Assembly: GCA_026025075.1 (NCBI GenBank)
Contig: JAPEUI010000121.1
Location: forward strand, 1 to 48,421
From: Vezdaea acicularis
Lineage: Eukaryota
Direction of reading: 5' to 3'
DNA: 48,421 nt
Position numbers and translations under genes: made by a program. Shown one piece after another: positions 33,601-44,759 of the stretch (the first letter of the stretch is position 1; every line of letters begins with the position of its first letter). The notes under the pieces are model-generated. The model was not told the DNA's origin and did not search any database. It saw only the letters and a list, made by a program, of their open reading frames with translations.

Positions 33601-34636
33601 TCGAACGCTGCATCACCAATGCCACTGGACATGCCCGGCACTGGACGGACCATGCTTTTCTGGCAGCTCCTGGGCCATCTCCCTTGGCCACTCCGCTGCG
33701 ATTACCACCCTTCCGGCCGGGATGGTGGCCCCTTAGAAACTGCAGCGTCGACGCCGCGCATCGCGTCGCCTCTGCCTGCTCGGCTGTTCTTCCATCTCGG
33801 TTCCGTCCGCCCATGTCGCCCGCCCCCCTGTTCCCCACGAGCCTCTTTCTCAAATCAGCGGCCGCAAACCACCAACATCGAGTCTCCTTTGCACCTCGAG
33901 TCTTGGCCACGCCAGATAATAATAATCCGTCCATGGCGATCCCAGCAATCGGCCACCCCCTCGTCTCCAGATGGGTGCAAGTTGCAATCATGAACTCAGA
34001 CTCGCAGCGGTGTTAGCTCCATCGGCGCACGTGTCCGCCCGGGAGATACCTGCAGCTCGCGACCGGGACTTTTGCAGCTTGCTGCCTTAGCCCTTGAGGC
34101 GACCCACCTTCAACCCCCCCCCATAACTATCATATCCTGCAGCCACAACCCTTTCTCCTTTGCGCATATCTCGACATCTTGCCTCTCCCCACCTACACCG
34201 ACAGCTTCGCTCCCGTCTGAGGAAGGCTCCAACTCGAACGTTTGTGACTTTCATTCGGGTGGTCAGCACGGCTCGATTGAGCTACTGCGCACTGCGTGGC
34301 CAAACCGGCGCTTTCCCCAGATTCCCATCGCTTCATTAGAACCTCTCAAGGTCGTCGCTGCTACCCCTTTGATCTAAGAGCTGCTACTCTGCCTCAATTC
34401 TGTATGGGAGTCGTGCAGGGTGCCTGACCATTGCCCCTTCCGCGCCGACCCCCAACACCAGTTGGATCGCTCTTCCTGGTATTCCTCACCTATCTATGGG
34501 CAAGAAAGTTGGGATGTTTCAAGATCGTTGCATGTGAAGCTTGTCTTCGCCGAGACCTTTGCGGACTGGTTCCGGAAGAAGTCGCATTAAGCTCTGGCTG
34601 GCCTTTTTTTATATATTACCTAGGTATACCACCGCT

Positions 34637-37534
34637 ATGGATTACCAGCCCCCAGTCGTCACGCCACCCGCCTTGCTTTCTCCTCATCTCGGCGCAGAAG
34701 GCATTCCTCATGTCGAGTCACACCTACATAACAAGACAACCTCCCTCAAGAAGCCGTTGCGATCAACCTTGTCGCGCCGACAGCCAGATCGAGTCACGAA
34801 GCGCGCCACCTCTTTATCGAATAGGCGAGTCGCAACGGGACGCTCGAGAAGTGCCTCGGATCCAACGTTGGTCACCACAGTTGGAGGACAGAGACCGCCG
34901 TCAAGACTGGCGGTGGTCAGTTCGATGGACGCCACTATGGCAGAAGCAGCCCCACGAAAGCTCACACCGGTCACAAAGCGGGTCAGTAACGCAAAGAAAG
35001 GCCAATACGTCCACTGGTGTAAACACCCTGGGTGTCCGAAGGTAAATTGCAGCATCGGCGCGATTCCGTGAGCATTCCAATTGACGAAATCGTAGGCAAA
35101 CAAGCCCTTCTCTAGGGCAGAACATCTTAGGTGAGACTTCAATTCGATGATCTGCCAGCTCCTATGTTACATTTCCGCCCCACGAGCATACTGACGAGGA
35201 GATCTCTGCAGACGGCATGAGCTGAACCACAACCGGGAACCAAAGTTTCCATGTAATGTGGGGAATTGTAGGAGGCCATTTCGTCGGAGGGATCTACTAT
35301 TGCGGCATATGGAGAGAGGGTGAGTTTGAATCTGACATACTTGAAGAACAGATTTACTCAATCCTTTAGGGATGCTCAACACCATAGCGCCTGGGAGGTG
35401 CTGATAAGGAACGAGGCCAGCCAAGTTCAAGACGCCTTCGCCGGCGACCCATCCTTCTCATTGAATGACTTTCAGCCGTCCTTGGTGGCCGCCTTCTCTT
35501 CGGCCTCGGACGACTTCCAAGCCATGCTCGCGGCGGTGACTTCTGCCCCCAACTCTTCGTACGCTAGCTCCATGACCGAGCCGATGACACCTGGTCATCG
35601 AAGGACCTCCCAAAATTTGACGTCGACACTGTTGCAACCCCTCTCGGTCCCCAGCCAGCCTCTTCCGGCTTCTAGTGCCTTTGTTCCTGAGCTATTTTAT
35701 GGTCCGTCCGACGATTCTACCCTCTTTTCGACTGTCGATAGCCTCCTCTCTCCTAATTTTGCACTAGCTGCAGGTCGAGATCGCGCTACATCGTTGCCGT
35801 TAGGCATTCAGACCCTCTTTCAGGCCGCCAAATCACCCCCAGCTTCGGAGGACTCGAGGATCCATGCGTCGTGGGCCATTGACCCAGCTGGCTCTGCACC
35901 CCACGAAATGACTAACTCATACGGCGAGGAACCATTTCTGGCTTCGATGCTTTTACCTAGCTTTGACGTGCCTTCTGAAAGACCGCCATCTTTGGCAACT
36001 CCTCTCCGTTTGGCATTGGCTGCTTTGAAAGAGATCGACTGGCTGGAGCTGCGGAATTTATTGGGCGGCCCGGACGCCGACAACAGTCCTCTGACTTCTT
36101 CTTTGGTCGACAAATTAGACGAATACATCAGCCTCTACTGGCAGCATTGTGATCGGTATATGCCTATTGTGCACCATCATACCTTCTTTGAGCGGCAAAT
36201 TAGCCCCATCCTTCTGGTATCCATGGCAATCCTAGGCGCTCACTCCGGGGACTGCGAGGCGCGAAACTTTGCGCTTGGAGCACACAAGAGGGCTAAAGCG
36301 TTCATGGAGAAAGTAGGTCCTTTTGCAGACGCGTATTTTTGTTTGGAGATGCTAATCTGCCAGAAGAGATCTCCTATGTCGGCCGATTTCGGTCTCCGAG
36401 AAATGCAAGCCACGATACTTCTGGAGTTGTTTGGCATTTTTAGAGCAAGAAGAGTCAACGTTACACCGTCTCCTGAATTTAAGCTGATGTATAAGAAGGT
36501 ATGAATGACGCCGATAAAAAATGTATAGCTATCATGGTGACTAAATCTTCTCAAAGCTTCTGAACGTGTATCGTCAACGTCCGCTTAAGCGGGCGGAGGT
36601 TAATGACAGGCCGACCGAATGGTTCCGGTGGATTGACGGTGAGACCGAACGAAGGCTGCTCCTTGCTGCCTTCTATTTGGACGCCCTACAAGGAGTGTTC
36701 TTTGAGCAGAAGCTGGTCAACGAGGTCACTTCGCAGGACGAGCTCCCTCTTCCTTGCCCTTCGTCGTTATGGCAAACGGCATCTGCGACTCAATGGGTGC
36801 TGACCAACCCCATCGAATCCTCCGATCGTCCTATGTTCCTCAAAGACGCTGCAAGCATGGCCTCGTCCACATTGGAACACCAAAGTAACACGAGCTTATT
36901 CTCCTCCTTGCTGATCGCAGCCTACCGATCGATAAAGGCCTCCCAGGATCCGGCGGCATCTCTAGGAGCCGCCTCGGCCGGCATCCCGGAAGTCACCATC
37001 TTCACGCATGCGCAAGCCGTCTTCAAATTAGTCCCTCTTCGGGCACTGCTAGCAGTCGTGGGACCAACATGGTGTCTCGGCCGTAAGCTAAGCGAAGTCG
37101 ATTTCCAAGCTGCCAAAGACTCCATGCGCAGCTGGGGGAGCAATCGGACCCGCTCCCTTCGCGCTACCTGGCACGCCGCACATGTCTTGCGCGCAGCTGT
37201 TGGTGAGGTCAAAGGCAATTCAGGTGGTCTTCACGAGAAATGGTGCGTCTACGTCTCGGCTCTGGTCTGCTGGGCATACGTCTGTGCGAACCAACCCGAC
37301 GTCGATGAGTACGTTCCCGCCCCACCACAGGCGGAGCAGGAGTTCCGCAACTTCCTCGCCGTCTTGGACGTCCCATCGTGGAAGGATATCCGCACGATTC
37401 CTCGGCGGTGGCAGGCGCTTGCTCTGCTAAGGCAGGTGAGAGCCGAGATAAGCGGCACGGATTGTGGTCTGATCGATGAGGCGGTGGGCGTATTGGGGAA
37501 GATGGGCGAGGGAAGGTTAGGGGAGTACTTCTGA
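34637..37534 (+). CDS. C2H2 zinc-finger transcription factor with fungal-specific TF domain, ~867 aa; exons 34637-35041, 35096-35130, 35212-35319, 35370-36312, 36364-36498, 36557-37534
   Basis: Spliced fingers HWCKHPGCPK|ANKPFSRAEHLR|RHELNH and FPCNVGNCRRPFRRRDLLLRH; fungal TF domain YISLYWQH..MPIVHHHTF, LLVSMAILGA and WFRWIDGETERRLL. An acceptor-like site at 34623 means an upstream exon cannot be excluded. Confidence 0.88.
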
Positions 37535-38325
37535 CATATGGGAAAGTGGGTGGGAGAGAGAAAATGGGACGGGCGTATTGAGACGAGAGACGGACTGCTT
37601 GGGGCTTCGGTCGTTTTCAGTTCCTGAGGGCCTCAATACTTTTTCTCTGGACATACATTTGGCGTCCTGAGATGGAAATCATGCTTTCCACTAAGTGGTG
37701 TACAATACTGCGATTTGGCGAGCGTTCCTTTGGAGATATTGCTTAAGATATCGTGATGACAGATACGACGACATGTTTGGACTAGCAATTAGAAGCATTC
37801 TGAGCGTTTAAGATTTCGGCACAGAGAGTCTTTGGTCAAACGAAACCATCCACTGTCGTAACTGAAAACGGTCATTCAACCAGTGTGCCAACCTCTTGGA
37901 TGGAAGCATGATGGCCGTTTAGCTCCTCATTATACGCGACCATATTTGTGGAATTGAGATTTAGAAACATCGAAAACCAAAAGCAACCCCAGGGCCGTTA
38001 TCCTTATCACCGAGGTATAATTATCACTCGAAATAGAATGACTGCCTCGATTTACTTTAACCATCATGAAATTTACTATAGGCTTTGCATGATTTGTGCA
38101 ATTTTATATCGAGGTTGGTGGCAAGGGAAATTTTTATTGATGCAAGCGAAGTCAAAGTTTTGGACGCCTCGCAACCATTTCACACTTCACCGTGTTGTGA
38201 AATTGCCATACTTACACTTGATCGTCAATGATGGAAGACGCGGCTGAATGATTGTGAGACTACCACAGGGATCTGACGGAAGCGCACTCGGTCCGCTATG
38301 GTGAAATAAGATGAATTTATTGTGG

Positions 38326-39892
38326 CTATGATTGTTGACAATACTTGCGGCCTCTAGCCACCTGATATTCGCATAGAGCGACTTCCACCGCCATGCCTAT
38401 GAAACCCGCGATGCAGACCCCACCGGAATCACTCACGGTGGTTGCACCCAGTGAAAACTCTCGATCTTCCTTCCGCACGTTATCCGTGATTTCTGCAAAC
38501 GTATTCACGTAGACCAAACCACCGAGTAAGCCTTCCCAAAATATGATCAGAAATACCCACCAGACATTCGGAATGAAATCGAATATTGCGTGGAGTATCA
38601 GGACCACCAAGTTCGCGCACTGTAGTAGTGACGGGAGGTATAAATGATGGATGCGGACAAAAGGAGTAGATGACCGTGAAATGAATACACCAGTTTGGTA
38701 TATTGCATTGTAAGTTGGGTAGAAAGCACGATAGTATTGAAAAGGGGTTGAAGGGAGAGGAAAGAGTAATGTTGGAGCAACACCCTGATTTATTGTGTAT
38801 TCGGCAATATAGACGAGAAGTAGTGGGAGCATGCTAGGCAGTCTAAGTATTATTCCCACCACGCTCGTAGATATGGAACTTACTAGGGGAAGAAGAGATG
38901 ACGTGACCGACTCAGGTTAGCTTTGAAGCTCTGCCATGCGGCAATAATATTACCCCCTATATCATGTTTCCTTATCCCCGTGGACGATATGTCGCTTGAG
39001 AGAGATAACGACGTGCTAGAAAACCGCCCCTCAGGTGATTCCGCGGTCTCATCAGTAGCGTGGCTATCAGACAGTCCGAGCTGGCCTTGTTCGACCTCCT
39101 CTGAGGGTAGCGCATCATAAACGGGAGTTCCTGAGCTGGCAAACTTCAATGGAATCTGAGGAAGAACGGCAAAGAAGCTAACGAGCATTATGACTGGAAG
39201 AAACGAGAAGGCTAGCAGACTTCCCCTTACGGACCAGCCAATCCAAGTTGTCGCAGCTACGTATGCTCCAGCCCCAATTAGACCAGCGCCACCTGTACCA
39301 CTAGCCCATGCTGCGAGACTGAAGTGCCCATAGTAGTGAGTTAAACTTATAAAGCTCAACTCCCCACCCCCGCTGCTCAAGCTGGCAATGACGACCCCTA
39401 CCATTTTCATAGCTATCGTTCCGCCATCCCTGGTCTCCGGAGTCAAAGCTACTAGAAGCATGCCACACATCGACAGCGTAACAAAGATGATTACCCGCTT
39501 GGGATATGATATCAGGTGTATGAAGTATGGCGCGACCAGTTTAGTCAGAAACGATGGGAGGACATCAGCAATGAGGACAACTCCTTTCGGAATACTTGGA
39601 CCAACCAGGTCAAGTGCTGCGGAGAGGATGATAACGTAGAGTACATTGTTAATGACACCTGAAGGGTTATCCAAGTTAGCGGCGTAAATGACAAAGTATT
39701 TCCTATAAGCCCCGCCAACATATTGGCTTCCTGGAGATATACTGGAGACTCACCAAAGAGCCAAAAGGCTGCGCAGACTCGAGGGTCAGCACCTTCAAAG
39801 ACGGCTTTAAAGCGTGCTTTGTATATGATCCATGATGAAGCCGGCGACCCTGGTAAAGGAAGCATTGATATTGCTGAGGACCCTTGACTCAT
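38326..39892 (-). CDS. BTN1: Battenin/CLN3-family vacuolar membrane protein, ~473 aa; exons 39892-39754, 39658-38884, 38833-38326 (start could be the Met at 39865)
   Basis: [64 protein letters not shown] and [13 protein letters not shown]. Confidence 0.95.
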
Positions 39893-40169
39893 CGGATCAT
39901 GTTCGAGCGTTGATATTCATGCACGCAGTGTATATTCGATGAGATGAACAAGTCTTCAAATGGAAATACTAAGATCTAGAGCATACTGAATCTGGCAGGT
40001 GAAGTAGCTGTATCAACGGGGTTCCCTATTCGGGGACATGTGATCGGCGGTTGAGGATTTGCGACTTGGAACTTTCCGACAACGTATCACCCTTGTCAAC
40101 GTATAACCGATTGATTATGGAAATTCACATTCCCCGCAAACAATAGAACCTTGATCGTTTATTTTCAAG

Positions 40170-40882
40170 ATGCCTTTGATCGAGGAATATCATGATTCAT
40201 TGCCATGTTCGTCAGCCCTCCAAGTGAGGCTATAGAAATCCTCGCTGAATTTCGTATTGCAGATATTGACCGCGAGATCACGGAACATGAACGCGCGCAG
40301 ATCACCAAAGTGCTCGCTGCGGAATTACCCAAAGACTACAAGACCAAACTCCATGAATCCATACCAGAACCATCGACTACGCGTTTCTCCGATCTGATTC
40401 AAAAGGAAATTGATCGTAAGGCGGATGGTTTGCCTCTTGAAGGCGGTATCGACACATCACGGTACGAAACAATCGAGCCACCTTCGCCAATAGATCCAGG
40501 TGTTCACAAAGATCAAGCACAAGCTCAGGACCCCTGGCGGGCGACCCTTCGGCAAGCATACGTATCTTCGACATACCTCCAGTCGCGTCTCATCAACCTG
40601 GCATTGTTAGAAGAGTTCGGAAAGAATGCTTGGTTGGTCGGGAACGCTCAACTTGAAGATGTCTTGAGGGACTTGGAGATGGAGTTAGCATCAACTCAAG
40701 AGCAAACAGACGCTGTGAATAAATCTCGCAAAGGGGCCCAAGAGAGTGTCAGAGGAGAAATGGAAGGATTGGATCAGGCATGGCAAAAGGGAATCGGAAG
40801 GGTGATTGAGGTCGAAGTTGCCGCTGAAGAGATGCGTCAACAGATCCTGAAGCAAAGACGAGCAATGTCACAGAAAACATGA
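40170..40882 (+). CDS. SPF27: Pre-mRNA splicing factor SPF27/BCAS2 (Cwf7), ~218 aa; exons 40170-40206, 40263-40882
   Basis: HDSLP|YID after removing intron 40207-40262 (GTTCGT..GCTGAA..CAG); GIDTSRY, NLALLEEFGKNAWL and VNKSRK. Confidence 0.92.
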
Positions 40883-41304
40883 TGGAACCCCACCTTTCTC
40901 GAGGCACGCATTACAGGGTCCATACGCCGTTCTCAAAACCGAAGTATCATAGCTTCAATTCCCTCTAATTTACCGCGCCGTGTTCAAAGCACTAAGTGGG
41001 ATACGCTATACAAGCCATGGGTACGGATATAAAAGAAAGTCTCAGTTGGAAACAAGAATTGCGTCGCTAGTAATAGCTCACGCATGAGCGCGGTCCGAAG
41101 AAAATCCTCCCAGCTGAAGTTCAAAAAGGGAAATAGAAAGCCATAAACGCCGAGATAGCTAGGACAGGGCAAAGTGTCTGTATCGAACGCTCTGAATAAT
41201 CATTCTCCGATAAAGCAAAGCGCTGCAATGTAGTCGTAAGACCTCTCTGCTTCAGCATTAACCTCATGCTAAGATTGTGTTTCCGTGGCGTGGCGCGTTA
41301 ATAT

Positions 41305-42681
41305 TCATGACTTTTGCTTGCTGGGATCATTCCTTCTCATGATCCCTTCGACTGGGCCGAGTAGTCGTTGGAAACCATCTTTGCCCAGCGTAGCCACCTT
41401 GACCTCTGTTCTGCTTACCACACTCGCAGCCCGTGGCGCGTCGTTAAGAAGAGCTAGTTCACCAAAGTAATCACCTTTCTTATATGACGTGACTGGCTTC
41501 TCGACGCCACGCTTGAATACATCTGCCTCACCACTCTCAATGATGAAGAATGCATCGCCGGGATCCCCTTCCTTTATGATATGGGATCCAGGGGGATATT
41601 TTTGAGTGTCCAGTGCATCCGCTATCTTTGAGCGTTCATAAGGTGTCAGCGTCGACAAGAGGTTCACCTCCTCCAAGAAGCTCTCGTACATCCGGCGCCG
41701 TTGAAAGGTGGAGTCCATAATGGTACGACGAAAGGTGACTCTATCAAGTTGCCATAAACATGAGGCAGGCTCAGTCGAAATGACGGTAGCTGCTCTCGGT
41801 GCATTATACATTAGAGCAAGCTCACCAAAGGACCCACCAGGCTTAACGGTGGCGACCTTTTTACCTAGACCATCTGGACCTTGTTGAAATGAGCCAGCAG
41901 AATTGACGTACACGTCGAAAGAGCCCTTCTCAACTACGTAGAAATGGTCGCCAACGTCGCCTTGCGTGATGACCTTGATGTCCTTTGCCGGGATTGGTTT
42001 TTCAACGAGGGCACCTAGAACTTGAGAGGTCTGCTCATCATCTAGGTGAGAGAAAAGGAAATTTCCCGCTATGGCCGTTTTGAGTCGAGAAAGCTGATCA
42101 GGCGTCTTCTGATGAAACGGAGGACTCCAGTTATCGTTTATTGATGACGCCGGGTTCATGGATTCTGCCGAGACCGAGGTGCGACGGCCCATTTGGTAGT
42201 TCGAGGGAAAGCCTTCTGTCGATGGCGATGACGTCCTCTGAAAGGAAGAGGGTGGATTGGAACCAGACGTTGGTCCGGGAATAGATTTACTGTCCAACGG
42301 ATTCTTGTCTTTGGGACCGCCAAAGCCCGGAGAAGTTGGAGAGCCCAGGGTGTCGTTCTCATCTTCCTCCATCACTCTTTGCATTCCACTTTGCGAGCCG
42401 CCACCAAACGTTCCAAAAGTATTGCCAGCATCACTCCCGAAGGGGTTGCTGTTTGCACCTGCCACACCAGGAAAGGTACTCTCGGCCATGTTTTTTTCTT
42501 GACGGGGCGAGGAGCGGAGAGATGGTGGGTGTTGGGTAGAGAGTAAGAACTCGGCACGCTGAGACTCAAGCCTTCTATTGAAGAAATTTGCACAAAACTG
42601 GAGGATGTCGGTGGGCTGGGCCTTTAAGATCTCTCGGTTTAAATTGTTCAGTTCGTTCACGTAGATCGGTGGTAAGGACAT
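41305..42681 (-). CDS. pkaR: cAMP-dependent protein kinase regulatory subunit (Bcy1 orthologue), 458 aa, intronless
   Basis: N-terminal D/D domain (LNREILKAQPTDILQFCANFF), inhibitor site RRTSVSAES, and two cNMP cassettes FGELALMYNAPRAAT and FGELALLNDAPRAAS. Confidence 0.97.
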   Translation of the reverse strand: MSLPPIYVNELNNLNREILKAQPTDILQFCANFFNRRLESQRAEFLLSTQHPPSLRSSPRQEKNMAESTFPGVAGANSNPFGSDAGNTFGTFGGGSQSGMQRVMEEDENDTLGSPTSPGFGGPKDKNPLDSKSIPGPTSGSNPPSSFQRTSSPSTEGFPSNYQMGRRTSVSAESMNPASSINDNWSPPFHQKTPDQLSRLKTAIAGNFLFSHLDDEQTSQVLGALVEKPIPAKDIKVITQGDVGDHFYVVEKGSFDVYVNSAGSFQQGPDGLGKKVATVKPGGSFGELALMYNAPRAATVISTEPASCLWQLDRVTFRRTIMDSTFQRRRMYESFLEEVNLLSTLTPYERSKIADALDTQKYPPGSHIIKEGDPGDAFFIIESGEADVFKRGVEKPVTSYKKGDYFGELALLNDAPRAASVVSRTEVKVATLGKDGFQRLLGPVEGIMRRNDPSKQKS

Positions 42682-44759
42682 CCGATTCGACTAGGTTACT
42701 TGGCGGATGGGATGATAGCGATCACTTGCCCGGAGTGACAAGGACTGAGTCGGGAGACCCTGGTCTTAGTTTGCTGGAGCGGAGACGCACAGACTTTAAA
42801 GAACAAACGGTCGTAGGAAGCTGCAGGGGCGGTAGTGCCCTCGATAGGATCGTACGGGAGCCTGAAACGAGTTATGGACGATTCTCTCTCTCTCACTGAA
42901 TAGGACAATAACGCCACTTGATCCGGCTGCGTGACGTACCTCTCTGTTCCGCCTCAGACGCGTGTGTCCGTGCCTTAGTGGGGGTTTTGCGTCACTCGGA
43001 TTGAGCAGTCTCAATGAAGCGGCGTTGACGAAGAATGCAAGCCGGATTCCTACCTGGCCCGCCAGCCGACCAAATAGTTTCTTTGTTCGACGAGGGTGAC
43101 CGAACAAACGATCGTGAAAGTCGGTGGATCAATCAGGCAAAGGATGCGATGAGCGGTCTTACAAAACTCAACGGCATCCAAGTGTGAAGTCAGAGAGAAG
43201 AGAGAGGATCGAGAGGATAGGTCGGCAGCGGGCGGTGCGGGTTGGGCGAGTGCGATTGCGATGTGGGGTTGCTGGACATGCTTGGCTTGCTGCTCCTTCT
43301 ATTCGGGGTGTGTGATGGAACAAGCGTGGAAGGCGAATGGAACGGGAATGGAAATGGAAGCAGCGATGGAAGGCGGACGCGGACTGGTCCAGCAGCCGAG
43401 ACGGAAGAGAAAGGAAACGGCGAAAGTAATCGCAGGCAGGGCGACCAACAGGACGCAAGAGCGAGGTTAAGTCGGGGACTGTTATGACGCCGCATCCTGT
43501 GATCGTTTCCGAAGCAAGCTCCCCTCATAGGACTCTCCTTCAACTTTCCTCTCGACTCGTTTCCCATCTCAAACCAACCCTCTGATCTTGCCTCGTCCGG
43601 CACTGCGTCAACTTGCATCACATGTTGTCACCCTACGCACCGGCTCACATATTATGTACCATATTGGACCTTATGTGATATCTATTTCTCATTTTCCCGC
43701 TATTAGTTCACGGCGTAAGTTGGGCTCGGGTTGGAGAGGAACCGAGGATCCAGGACTTGGGACCGTGGCTATCGGGATTTTTGTGATATGCCACGGTTCA
43801 AAAGAAGCATGGCCTTGTAACTACACCGCCTGTACTCTTCAGCCGCTCATTAATGCTTCCAGCCAGTCTCCTTACTTAGCACGCCTCGTCCGTTGCACTG
43901 CGTTAGATATCTGATGTTAATCGAGCATATGACAGCCTTCGTACTAAGCTACCGAGCCAGGGTTAGCAGATAGATGCCCATGATCAAGGACTGGACCTTT
44001 ACTGACCCACGCAATCTCGCGACCCGAGCCAAGCTATCCAAATAGTCAAGTCATTCTACAATGGCTCTTTGCCTGCATTCCAAGTTGATACCTGAGGGGA
44101 ATATTTGTGGACCCTACTCCGCAGGTCCGAGCTTCGCAAAGTTGCTCTCCACGTCTACCTGTAGCTTGATATGATAGCTCGTGGCAGAGTTTAAAGGGAC
44201 CAAGTTTGAAACCGTCTTCCGCACAACTTACCATCAAGAGCGTAAGCTATTGCGCTCTCATCTGTACGAGGGTAAAATATTTAAACACAACCTACGATAC
44301 GGCCTGCCTTTCTGCGCGGCAACCCTCGCCTCTGTTCCCTGTCTGCAAGTAGCGTGGCCCAACCACTCTGATTTTGACATACCCGTGTCTTCTTCTTCCG
44401 CCAGCTAGCATTCTCTCCCCCTCCGACCTAAGTTCCTACATTGTCAACTCCGGTGACTGCAACAGTACCCGAGTCCCTGCAATCCTCTACCGAAAGCTTC
44501 CTTTGATTTGTATTTCGTTCCACGGGCCTCTCTGCCACTTGTCAGCCATCAGATCAAGACGTCGCCGTCACACCATAATCGAAGCAGTCTGCGCAATCAC
44601 AGCAAGCTTATCGCACCATCCTCCCGAGCTCACCCTGTCTCAGGATCTATACAAACTTGCCCCAAGCTCTGCTTTAAATTCTGAACTTCAAGGTTGCAAA
44701 GCACAACTACCGAAGAGAAAGCTCTCGCTAGCCGCAACGTCGCTGGAATCAAGTCAAAG

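Noticed and set aside
31867..34016. ORFs of 100-225 aa between FHL1 and the C2H2 gene
   Set aside because: No recognisable motifs; consistent with a long regulatory region between two TF genes.
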